A program made the translations under genes and the position numbers. DNA of 64,000 bases, from assembly GCA_951406725.2 (NCBI GenBank), contig OX597831.1, positions 806,001 through 870,000 of the forward strand, written 5' to 3'. This stretch comes from Octopus vulgaris. Lineage: Eukaryota. The notes beneath the pieces are model-generated. The model saw nothing but the letters and a program-made list of their open reading frames with translations, did no database searches and was not told the DNA's origin. Of the stretch, positions 1-13,129 are shown piece by piece (the first letter of the stretch is position 1; each line of letters opens with the position of its first letter).

Positions 1-505
1 AAAATTTTTTTGTGTTTTTTCTTCTTCAATATTTTCAATGATAATTTGTTTTTATTTTTTTTTTTTGCTCTTTTTATTGCTTATAGATGAACGTCTTGAA
101 AACCTGCATGTTATGTCCTTTTACAGTCCCAGATATCTGCAGGTAGATATTTTCAGAACTTGTATGATAACAGAGTCATTGATTTTTAATATAGTTTTTT
201 AAAATTATTATTATTATTATTATTGTTTTTGGTTTTTTTTCTCACAAAGACTGCATAGTTACAGTCAAAAAAAAAAAGAAAAGAAAAGAAAAAATTACAC
301 CTGTCTCACATGTAGAAATACCTCCATTGCCTGCATAATTTATATACACTCACTTTTCTACAAGTACATTCTACATACACTCCCACCACATTCCAGGTCT
401 ATGTCTCTGTTGCCACTGCCATAGAGTATAAGTACAACTCGTCGCTTCTTTGAACAGGTGTAAACATCTTGTTTTTGTTTGTTTTGCAGTGTCCAGAATA
501 TGGTC

Positions 506-552
<47 letters not shown>

Positions 553-1299
553 ATATATTATATATATATATATGTATGTATGTGTATGTATGCATATATT
601 TATATATATGTATGTACATATATATATATATATAGAAGAGAATCCATTTCTATATCTTGCATGATATATTTCATATTTTGTCTTGAAGAAAGTAAAGAAA
701 AACAATGCTCTTGTTAGTAAGATTACAAACTCTAGAGTTCAGCTTTCCAGGGTAGAATATATACTCTGCTTCTTAGATAATGTCCACAACACATAAACTC
801 TCTCCCTCTGCAAACAAAGATCAATGTCATGCACCAAACTGATGATGCTGATCCTGGTTTTTGTATATTTATTCATTATTTTTTTTATTATATCTTTTTC
901 TTTTGGTGAACTGTATGTTAGTATAATAAAATAACATACCTGATTCTATGCTATCTAAAATAATTATCTTTTTTTTCTTTTAGAGGATTTTTCTATTTTT
1001 TTAATAATTTACCATTTTTAAAAATATTAACTTCCATAATTTTTATTTCTTAAAGAGTGAAACATGAAAAAACTATTAATAGGTGATATGACAGAAAAGA
1101 GAGACACTTTTATAAAAAATAGAACACAGATGCTACATAAGATTGATGATTGACTAATATCAAAAGAAAAGACCTGTTAACGCACTACATTAATTATAAT
1201 GTTAGTGCTCCAGCTTGGTCACAAACACAGTTATAAATTTTCTAACAAAACTACCTTATCTAAGTTAAATCAGACTTGGTTTTGACTGATAACAATAAT

Positions 1300-1744
1300 A
1301 ATCCTTTCTACTATAGTTAGAAAGTCTAAAATTTGGTGAGAGAGTAAGTCATTTACATCAACCCCAGTACTTAAATGGTATTTATTTCATCCACCGCAAA
1401 TGATGAAAAGCAGGGTCAACCTCAGCAGAGTTTGAGAGCCTCAGAATGTAAAGAGCTGGAAGAAATACAGCTAAGCATTTTGCGAGACATGCTAATAACT
1501 TGTCACTTTAATAATCCTTTCTACTAAAGGCACAAGGCCTGAAATTTTGGGGGGAGGAGACTAGTCGTTTACATCAGCCCCATTGTTTCATTAGTACTAA
1601 ATTTAGTGACCCTGAAAGGATGAAAGTCAAAGTTGACTTTGGCAGAATTTGAACTCAGAATGTCATGGTGGATGAAATGCCACTAAGCATTTTGCCTGGT
1701 GTGCTAATGATTCTGCCAGCTTGCTACCTTGATTTGTCACCTTA

Positions 1745-1811
<67 letters not shown>

Positions 1812-2030
1812 CCTTTTTACTATTTGATACAAGACCTGAAATTTTGGAGAAGGGGACTAGTTGATTACATCGACCCCCAGTGCTCAACTGATAATTATTT
1901 TATCAACTCTGAAAGGATGGAAGGGAAAGTCAACCTTGGTTGACTTTGAACTCAAGAATATAAAACCAGAAGAAATGCTACAAAGCATTTCATCTGACGC
2001 ATTAATGACTCTGTCGGCTTGTTGCCTTAA
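1300..2030 (-). mobile_element. Three head-to-tail diverged SINE family A copies
   Basis: Repeated GGATGAAAGGCAAAGTCAAC...GAATTTGAACTCAGAA...AAGCATTT blocks separated by (AAT)n. Confidence 0.8.
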
Positions 2031-2539
2031 TTAAAATAAAATAAATGATAACGATAACAAACTATGTTGCTGTCTTTGTTACCCTTACCTTGTTTCTTGG
2101 TCTAAAGCAGTGGTATGCATATCAGAAACGTTTCATGCTTGTCTATCTCAAGATCATCAAAGACAGCTTAAATAAAGGATGGAAATGGTGATGGTGATGG
2201 TGGTGATGATGGTGATGATAATGATGATGACGACAACAAAGATGATATTGTGATGATGAAGATGATGATGATAGTGAGGATGATGTCAAGGAGAAGGAAA
2301 CCTAAGTAGCTTATGGTGTCAATAATCTCACTTATCAACTTGTGTATATGTGTGTATATGTGTGTATGTGTCTATGTGAGTAGACATGTGTGTAAGAGCA
2401 TATGTGTGTGTGTAATTGTATTTAAATATGTGTGTATGCACTCAGTTCAGATTGTGAAAGGTGTGAATGAAATCTAAAGAACTAAGTCTTTAAAAAGAGA
2501 AGGAAATGAACATGTTAACAATCTGTCTACAGTCTCATC

Positions 2540-2960
2540 TACTCACTTCTGTTCACCAGTTCACTGATGTTCAGTTGTTCACCAATTTACTTCTTTTCAG
2601 TTGTTCTTTGCTTCACTACTGTTCAGTTTTTCACTACTTCATTCCAGTTCACTTGTTCACCAATTAACTGGTGTTCATTTGTTCACCAATTCACTGATGT
2701 TCAGTTATCCAGCAATTCTCTGGTGGTCACTTGTTTATCACTTCACTTCTGTTCAGTTGTTCAGCACTTTATGTTCAGTTGTTCACCAATTCACTGCTAT
2801 TCAGTTGCTTACTGCTTCACTTCTGTTCATTTGTTCACAGTTCACTTCAGTTTTGTTGTTCATCATTTCATTACTATTCAGTTGTTCACCACTTTACTGC
2901 AGTTCAGTAGTCAATCACTTCACTTCTGTCCAGCTGTTCACTAATTCCCTACTATATTGT
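2540..2960. repeat. Degenerate ~27-bp minisatellite
   Basis: Recurrent TTCAGTTGTTCACCAATTCAC. Confidence 0.8.
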
Positions 2961-3266
2961 TGAGTCGATTGCCAGTTTTTTCTTACCATTTAGTGATATG
3001 AAAAACTGCAGCATTCATAATCCTTTTCAGAAGTTCAGAGGCAGATAAGATGGAGGGATAAAGCTAGACTCAAACTTGGATTCCACTTCAGATATCCAAG
3101 GACTGGGTGGTACTATTAAACTGAGTAACAAATTATATCTAGCATTCAATAACAGAAACAATTCTCCCTCTTATATACATATTCCTTCAAGCAAATTTCC
3201 CCTCATGGTTGTCATTAATCACCCTAAAATTTGAACAGAATCAATTTTAATCTAAACAAGCAAAAC

Positions 3267-3325
<59 letters not shown>

Positions 3326-3610
3326 TGTGTTTGCATGCATGTGTGTGTGTGTGAAAGTGAATGGCCTGGTGGCTAGGGTGTTACACTTACAATTGCAAGA
3401 TTTTGGTCTCATCTCTTGGACTGGTGGTGCATTGTGTTCTGAAGCAAACTGCTTCAGCTGTTAATCAGTAGCCATTCGGTGGACTGGCCGTCCATTTAGG
3501 GGGCAATGTTGGTCTGTCCACCAGTATGCATGGTGACATCATTCAAAGGCCACAACAATGTGACCAGCAGTGTGCAACAACATCTGATAGTTTGGTCAAT
3601 ACAATGTATT

Positions 3611-3665
<55 letters not shown>

Positions 3666-3874
3666 GCGTGTGTGTTGTTGACCTTATGTAGTTATCTGCA
3701 TTTTTATTGAGGAAATCTCAAACACATTTCCTTATTTGGGTGGTGGTAGTGGTGGTGGTGCTGCTGCTGGGGGTGGTGCTTGAATAAACATTAATGAATA
3801 CTTTGTCTTCATGTTTCATGTCAAAGATCTAATGCGAGGTGATATAGTAGACAAGCCATTGCTCTCCAGCTGCA

Positions 3875-4300
<426 letters not shown>

Positions 4301-4599
4301 ATACATATATATACATATATAAATACACACACACACACACATATATATACACACACACATATCTATCTATCTACCTATATAACTATCTACCTATCTATCT
4401 ATATATATATATATATATATCTTTATTTATATCTATAATTTCTATCAATATGTAAACACACTCACACACATGCAGACATTTGTATGTGTAACAGGGGAGT
4501 ATGTAAAAAATCTATGAAATTAAATAGTTCATAATAATATCTAGAATGGGGCAACTGCAAGTAATCATTGCTGTATAATAACAATTATAATAAAAATAA

Positions 4600-5660
4600 C
4601 AATCCTTTCTGCTATAGGCACAAGGCCTGAAATTTTGAGGAGAGCAGGGCAAGTCGATTTCATCAACCTCAGTGCTTGACTGGTACTTAATTTATTGACT
4701 CCAAAGAGATGAAAGACAAAATTGACCTCAGCTGAAAATTTGTGCTCACATTGTAAAGATAGACCAAATGCAACCAAGCATTTTGTCTGGCATGGTAATG
4801 ATTCTGCCACCTTGATGATAATAATAATAATTATTATTATTATTATTATGATAATAATAAGGTTTCTAATTTAGGCACAAGTCTAGAGATTTTGGGTGAA
4901 GAGAACAGTTTAATACATTGATCCCAAATAAAAATTTTGATGGTGTCTAACTTCATTCCCAGAACATGGATTTTAGGGAGAGATGGATGGATGGAACTGA
5001 TTAAATCAAACCTGGTATTTGACAGAGCCTTTCCAGGCACTGGATAAAATGTTTAGCATCATTTCTCCTAACTTATTACATTCTGAGTTCAAATTCCACT
5101 GAAATCAACTTTGACTTTCTTTCTTTTGGGTCAATAAAATAAAGTTTGAGTCAAGTAGTGGGTTTCATGTATTTGACTAACCACTTCCCCTTAAATTTTG
5201 TTTGCCTTGTACCAAAATTTGAAACCATATTATTATAATCATTATTATTATTTTGGTTTCAACTGGTACTTATTTTATCAGCCCCAAGAAGATGAAAGGC
5301 AAAGACAACCCCAGCAGCATTTGAACTCAGAATATAATGACAGACAAAGTACTGTTAAGCACTTTGCCTGGCATGCTAATGATTCTACCAGCATACCACC
5401 TTTATTATTATTACTATTATTATTAGTAAGAAAAAAACACAATAACTGTTTCAAAATTATGTGTGCCAATACACTTTTTAGTGGAAGGGTCAGTTGATTA
5501 AATCTCTGTTACTAATAGATACATGCTTATTTTATTAACTCTTCTAAAAGGATGAAAGGCTAAGTTAACTTTAGGAAAAGGGGAAATTTGAACTCAGAAC
5601 ATAAAAAGTCTAATTCCACATAACATTTTGCCCAGTGCTCTAACAATTTTGCCAATTCAC
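4600..5660. mobile_element. Cluster of four or five diverged SINE family A copies, both orientations
   Basis: Same conserved blocks at ~4600-4812 (-), 5035-5225 (+), 5255-5400 (-), 5530-5660 (-). Confidence 0.7.
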
Positions 5661-5680
5661 ACTAAAAATTATGATGATGA

Positions 5681-5714
<34 letters not shown>

Positions 5715-6065
5715 GGTGATGATGATGACATTGTGATGATGATCATCATTATGATGGTGATGATGATGACAATGGTAGTGATAATGATGAAGAAGATTAT
5801 AAGTTCTTTCTCCTACAAAGTTAGACGGATCTTCTATAACTATATTGATAAATATTAACATAAACCTACAGAAAAATAGTTTTAAAATGCAATTAGATTG
5901 TTAAATAATAAAATACAAACAAATGTTTAAAAGGGCTAGATAGAAAGATAGTTAGATAAGTAGATAGATGGATAGATAAATAGATAGATTGATAGATAGG
6001 TAGATAGATAGGTATATGCATAAGTATATAGAGGGGTAATTAGATAGATAATCTAAATAGATAGC

Positions 6066-6333
6066 TATGTTTGTTCCTTCTCGAGCCATGCCTGGCTCAT
6101 AAGGGCCGGTTTCCCGGTTTCCTTAGCATATAGGTTCCCCACCTGGATGGGACACTGGTCCGTCGCAGGTGAGCTGCAAGATGCTGGAGGAAAGTTCGCC
6201 ATTACCTTCTGCCTGAGCTGTGTGGGGCTTAGGGATTTCGCTCATAAACACACACATTGTCTGGTCTGAGATTCGAACCTGTGATCCCTTGACTGCAAGT
6301 CTGCTGCTCTAATCACTAGGCCATGTGCCTCCA
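6066..6333 (-). mobile_element. tRNA-derived SINE family C with V-domain-like core
   Basis: Head TGGCCTAGTGATTAGAGC...GGTTCGAATCTC; core CCTGCGACGGACCAGTGTCCCATCCAGG resembles the V-SINE domain; related head at 42637-42820 (+). Confidence 0.7.
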
Positions 6334-7410
6334 CAAATAAATAGTTATACAGATGGCTAAATGGAGTGAGGGGCAGAGAGAGAGAGAGAGAGAAAGAGAG
6401 TGTGTGAGTGTATATATAAGCATATATATATTTATGTGTGTGTGTGTGTGTGTGCATGTATGTCTGTATATGTATGCGATACATAAAAATCTTTAGATAT
6501 TTCTGCAACAGATTTTGTGTTTAGAAAGTGGAGGGAGTGTTCTATTGTGGCTGGCAAAAGACCATCTCAAATCACCAAAATAAATAAATGAATGACACTT
6601 TAACATAATGACACACACAATTTTACCAATTGAAGTCTGTTTCTTTTTCTTCTTTTTCTTCACTTCACTCAATTTTTTTTGTCCTCTACGCATATGAATG
6701 CATTTTTTTGTGTGTTTTGCTTTGTTTTTTTTTCTTTCTTTTTTTTAACCTTTTGGTCTAAAATAAATAAAATAAATAAGTTTGTTTTTTTGTTTTGTTT
6801 TGTGTTTTTTTTTTTCTGTTACATTATTAATATTTTTTTTTTTTTTACCTTTTATCAAGGAATTTTCTCCAACTATGTGGGGAATGACAAAAATAAATAA
6901 TTAAATATAGCAATGAATAATAACACAGGTAAGAATGATTGTTTACAGGAAAACAGGTGGGGGGGAGGAGTGCTTTTGTTTATGCTTTCTTTTGGTTAAG
7001 GCCAGAGACAAAAGTCAAAAAAAAAAAGAGGAACTGTTTTCATTTTGTTTTACTGTTTTTTTGAAAGTTTTGTTTCTATTCTTTTCTTTCATTTTTTCTT
7101 CTTCATTAAAATCTTTTTTTTTAATTATTTGATAGATTAGAGAGAATTGATGGAGAAATTCCTTTCCCTCTCTTTTTCTTTTTTAGGGAGATGGTTGTGG
7201 TGGTTGTGTAATTTTGTGAGAGTCTTTGCATGAATAAATATAGGTAATAGAATTTCAGAGAAAACTGGAATAAATGTTTATTATTATTATTATCATTATT
7301 ATTATTATTGTTATTATTATTATTATTGTCATCATCATTATTATTATTTTTCTTTATTTTTCTTCAACAATTCTCCATTTTGAAATAAGAAAGGTTGATA
7401 GACAGACAGT

Positions 7411-7477
<67 letters not shown>

Positions 7478-9029
7478 GTAGATAGATAATTGGAGAGATG
7501 GAGGGAAGGGAGAAGGTTTTTGTTTTTCTTTTGTGATTTTGTGAGAGTCTGGTGTAAATGAACAGATAAAATTTCACTGAGAAACTTAAGTAAATGTTTA
7601 TTATTTGTGCAGAATTAAACAAAAAAAAAGTAATTAAAAATTATTCAAAATAATTGTGAAGTAAATAAACTTCATAATAAATGCGAGCAGTTTCGTCCAC
7701 CACAGACAAACTCTCAAAAATGAGTAATTTACAAAAAAAAAATAAAAATAAAAAATGAAACTCATTTTTACTCTTTCTTTTTTTACACAATTCTTTTTTT
7801 TGGCGGTAAAATTTTTTAACGGATTTTCATTAATTTAAAAAATTTTTAATATGAAAAAAAAAAAAAAACTGATGAAAAAATTCAATGAAATGATTTGATA
7901 AAAACTTTAAAAAATATAATTTTTTTGTTTTATATTTGATGAGAAATGAAAAGAAATGTTCCAGTATTGAATTATTATTGTTGATGTTGCTGTTGTTGTT
8001 GTTGTTGTTGTTATGGGAAAGAGGCTGAGAATTTTTTTTTTTTGGTTTTTCTTCTTTTTTCGTTTTTAATTTAAATAATGTGATTTACTTTACATATGAA
8101 ACGATAAATAAATAAATGAAACATTTTTTTTCTTTTTTTTTCCTTGTGGTTTGGAGCCCAGCTACTTTCCATCAAATAACGACAAAACAACACTCTCACC
8201 TTCATTCTCATTCTCTCTTTCTTTCTTATGCCCTTCCTCTCTATCTTTCATGCACTTCCCCTCTCTCTCACATTCGTTTCTCTCCCTTTTTGTCATACTC
8301 TTTCTCTTTGTCAAACCCTTTCTATCTTCCCCCTCTCTCGTACTCTTACCCTCTCTCTCTCATTCCCTTTCTCTCTTTCAGCATATGATATACATGGCTT
8401 TTGAAACAGCCAAATTTAGAACAGCACTCAAAATCTGGCAGAACCCAAACTACAACCAATTAGTTAAGACTTCAACTAAATTAGACAAGATCTTCAATTT
8501 TCAATAACCCATATCAGATACTTACTTTTAGATATATATCACACCCACAAACCAACCTAGTTCTGCCGGATAAGAACTAAGACCTGGAGACCTGGTAGGG
8601 TGAGTTACACAACCTAAATCTGCATCATAAGTAAAGGGGAGAGGTTTGGGCTCAGATTGATTGGTCAAGCTTAAAGAATCTTTTATATTTGTGGTTTCAA
8701 GGTCATTTCAGTCGTATAAGAGAGACAAGTTTGAAATACAACAGGTCATACATTTTGAGAAGAACAGTGAAAAAATATGAAGAAAATGTTTTGAATTAGA
8801 GAATCTCAGAAAAGAAGAATTCTTTGGGAAGCAAAAACAACCTTGGAAATCAAAATAAAGAATGGACTAGATAAAATTGCTCAAGATAGAGAAGGATGGA
8901 GGAGTTCACGCCAGGACATAATAGTTCTCAAAGAACCTGTGTCTTAAACATCAGAATTTTTTATACAACACAGAATCAAACTTATTTAACATAACAAATT
9001 TGTTTGGATTTTATGAAAATAGCACAATT

Positions 9030-9600
9030 GAATATAACTGCTGTCTGACATTATTACAATAGGACATAACTATTGCCAGACAATAGTTTAGTAGGACATG
9101 ACTATTGTCTATGACAACAGTATAGCAGTATATAGCTGTTGTATACAGTACAATAGGACATAAATATTACCTAACAGTAGTACAGTAGGGTATAACTGTT
9201 TGACAGCAGTACAATAGGACATAACTATTATATACAGTACAGTAGCACATAAATGTTATCTGACAGTAAGGACATAACTGTCATCTGACGACAATATAGT
9301 AGGACATAACAGCTACCTGACAATAGCACAGTAGAACATAACTGTCATCTGACGACAATATAGTAGGACATAACAGCTACCTGACAATAGCACAGTAGAA
9401 CATAACTGTCATCTGACGACAATATAGTAGGACATAACAGCTACCTGACAATAGCACAGTTAGGACATAACTGTCATCTGACGACAATATAGTAGGACAT
9501 AACAGCTACCTGACAATAGCACAGTAGGACATAACTGTTATTTGACAATAGTACAATAGGACATAACTGTTGTCCATGATAACAATACAATAAGACACAA
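9030..9600. repeat. Minisatellite, ~32-bp monomer with 64-bp dimer core
   Basis: AGGACATAAC(TGTCATCTGACGAC|AGCTACCTGAC)AATA..AGT; dimer starts at 9271, 9335, 9399, 9464. Confidence 0.9.
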
Positions 9601-11615
9601 TGGCATTCTTTCATCTTAAATATGGCAAGTGTCAAACTTGTGCCAATTGATTTCCAGACACATGATGTCATTCTCAGCAGTTTATGGAATTTTTTATTTA
9701 TTTATTGTTTATATATTTTTGTCTTTCATGTGCTGGTGATTGCTGAGTATTCACACACCATGTGTGTGTGTGTGTGTGTGTGTACAGACTGCCAAAGATG
9801 ACGTTATGTGTCAGGAAATCAGCTGTCTCAAGTTTGACACTCGCCATACTTAAAACACAAGAATGCCAGACACAGCAGCTGTCTACAGCAACACTTGGGT
9901 AATAAATAACTGTTGTCTTCAATACAGCAGTTTTGACATCCCTTTGTTGTCATAAACAACAGGACATAACTGTTATCTGATAATACTGGGTGGATGTACG
10001 ATGTAAGACAGTAGGTTGCATTCTTTCCTGAGTTTGATTACAAACACATATACATTAGTGCAGAAATGGCTAACTGGTTAAGAAGTTTTGCTTGAAATCA
10101 CAAGGTCCTGAGTTCAATCCCACAGTATGATACCTTTGGTGCTTTCTCCTATATTTTTGGTCAACCAAACCACGTGGTAGAAATGAAGTTGATGGAAACT
10201 ATACGGAAATCCTTCAGGTAAGAATTGTACCTGCAATTCAAAGGTCCAAATGCACTGTGTCACACAGTAGCACAATTCTGTCCAATTCTGTCACATACAT
10301 GCTACAACAGGATGTTGAATAACTGACAGGGCAGAGGAGTCCTAGACCAAAAGCTTGAAGGTTACTGAGGCTGAGCAGAATATCTGTACCATCAAAGAAT
10401 GGTTGGGTGTCAACTAGCAAGTGAGCTGCTACTGCAAGGCAGCCTCAATGTCGACTATGCTTGTTGGACTCTTGGTACCACACCACTTGGTACCTGGTGT
10501 GGAGGTCCAGAGAGGCAATCTGGTGTGTGTGGTGGGGATGATGCCAACTGCCTTACTTGCCAAGGCATTTTGTTTAACTGAACAGAACAGTGAACATTGG
10601 CCTACAACAGGTAGCCAACAACTAATGTAATAAACAGGTAGTTCAGTTGGTGAAACTGACAGTGACTCATGACATTATATTTACTTGTCTATCTATCAAT
10701 CACACACATAAGCTCTTCCTCTTTCTCTCTCAAAATATACACACACACACACACACATATATATAAGCTCTCCCTCTTTCTCTCTCAAGACACACATACT
10801 CACACACTTACATATCAATAGCACTCAACATATTTTAGTTGAGTTCAGTTGTGGATGCATGTATTTAACAATAGTTTGGCTCAGCATCACATTACTTAAA
10901 GTTTTGTGGGCAGAGAACATGTCCATATCATATCATACATATACATATATGTAAATACACACACACACGCACACATGTGCACATATAAACTAAAGAGAAG
11001 AGGGCAGCACAGAAGGCAAGAGTCCCACTGGGTCCTGCTTCTGCTATTACGTGCCCTCACTGTAACCATGGATTTTATACAAACATTGGCCTAATAAGTC
11101 ACCCCAGGACCAACAAACACTACAGCTACTTATCTGGTCATCATCAGAGACAAAGATATGCACATATACATATATTGCAGCTCTTTGACAGTAAACAGAA
11201 TAAAGGTATACTACATAAAAAAAAAGAGTATTAAAATTGTTTTAAGACAGAGATGGATAGGTGCATACATTGTATTTTGCTGCAATGGAATGCACATGAA
11301 CCAGTGCAGTGCACAGAAAACACCCATCTCTTAAATATCTTGATATTTTCCAGCTCAGCTAAAAGACTTGCAGCATGCAAGTCTCTACTGAGATTGCATA
11401 AGAAATTTGCCCAATGTGCCATATAGCAGACTTGAACCTAGAAACAGGTGGTTGGGAAGCAAACTTCTTAACCACATAGCCATGTCTGCATATGTATGTA
11501 TGCATACATACATATATAGATATGTGTTTGTGAGTGTATATATGTATAGACAGAAGCATACATATTTATAATATATATATATATATATATGAGTATTTAT
11601 TTTGAATATTTACTC

Positions 11616-11655
<40 letters not shown>

Positions 11656-11756
11656 CTCAGTTATATTCTGTTAAAACACAGTGGTCACAACAGTCAGAAA
11701 GGATGTGGTCAAAGTCAAAAATTTGAGTTTACAGAACACAGAAACAATATTTATAT

Positions 11757-11859
11757 ATCACCTGATGAAACACAAGATCTCACAATGCAGAAAAATGGTT
11801 ACATAACCAAATACCTGCGAATGTGGAGAACTACACTGTGTGGAAACAATTGTAGTGAT
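11757..11859 (+). ncRNA. Type I hammerhead ribozyme motif with long helix II
   Basis: ATCAC-CTGATGA-aACACA...TGTGTg-GAAAC-AATT-GTA-GTGAT; helix I ATCAC/GTGAT; internal stems TCTC/GAGA, TGCAG/CTGCG, TGGTT/AACCA; palindromic ACAATTGT helix III; AATAAA follows. Confidence 0.75.
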
Positions 11860-12980
11860 TACAAATAAATGTTCCTCTGTAGCTCCTTATTGACTCCAAC
11901 TTATTCAATTATATATATTCATACATATAAAGTGTTATATATCATAGTAAATTATAATTTTCTTGCTCTTGTGTCTTTATCTGTATGTTGAGAATATGTG
12001 TGTAAGTGTGTGCGCATGCGTGAATGTCTAAAGGCTTCTCTTTCAATTATATTCCATTTTAGTGGAAAAACGAATTTAAATATATTAGTAAAAAGGTATA
12101 AGACTAGAAAAAGAGTATGCAGTTCCTGATTTTTTTTTAATGTAAATATATTGATTTTTTTTTACATGGAATCTATGTTTGTGAGTGATGTGAGTATGTG
12201 TGTGTGAATGTCTGAGTGCATGTATGAATGGATGTTTGTGTGTGTGTGTGTGTGTGCGGATGTTTTTTTTTGTTTGCATTTGTTGGAATTAAAAATATTT
12301 GACGATGAAAGTAATTGAAAGAGAATAAATAAATAAAGAAAGAAAGAAAAGAAAGAGAAGAGAGCAGATTTAAGTTGTTATGATTGGCTGGCTGTATGTC
12401 TGTTTTTTTTTTTTACTTTTTATGTATGTATGTATGTATGTGTGTATGTGTGTGTGAACTAGAGTTAAACAAATAGAGAGGGAAAGAGGAAGAAATAAAT
12501 AAAGGACATGTATATATATCCATGTGTGTGTAAAACGAGAGAGAAAACTATATTGTACAACGAACATTTTAAGTCAACAAAGACTAGATGTGGACTCAAT
12601 CTAATTAACTAATCATTTTTATTTTAATTAAACTCACAACTAGTTCATTATTTTTGTTCTTCTTTTAGTGAGGGGACATAGTGGTATCCCACATACAAAG
12701 AGTACCAGTAATATAAGCTGTTTCATTCAATTGACAATATTCATTCCTTCTTTAATGCCCTGAAACTTATGCCCCCCAAATTATAGATGGTGAGATGGTG
12801 GTGGTGGTGGTGGTAGTGATGGTTTGTGTATTGTAAAAATTCTTTCTACTATAGGCATAAAATCTGAAATTTTAGGAATGGGGCTAGTCAAATACATTGA
12901 CTGTGGTTTTCATTTTCTTTCAAGTATAGTGCATCAAAGATTACATTAGTCATTGTAGCAGGTTTATCAAACATATAAAG

Positions 12981-13129
12981 CAGGCATGGTCAACTATTTT
13001 TGAGAAGCAGATCATAATAAGACATGGATCATCATCAGGTGGGCTGCACTCCTAGAGAAAAATCCAAGGTAGTTTTTCGTTAGGTGTGCCATTGAGAAAG
13101 TCCTGTGGGCTGCAGTTGGCCCATGACTG
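12981..13129. mobile_element. hAT-type MITE
   Basis: TIRs CAGGCATGGTCAACT / AGTTGGCCCATGACTG; perfect 8-bp TSD ATATAAAG (12973-12980, 13130-13137). Confidence 0.85.

Noticed and set aside
333-343. GCATAATTTAT, matching the POU6F1/Brn-5 consensus site
   Set aside because: A single AT-rich 11-mer in 64 kb of AT-rich DNA is compatible with chance
2121-2167. Minus-strand TTGATGA...GAAACGTTT hammerhead-like motif
   Set aside because: Core mismatch and no helix I; too degenerate to call
9280-9490. Repeated CTGACGA (hammerhead core-like) in the minisatellite
   Set aside because: No GAAA or helices follow
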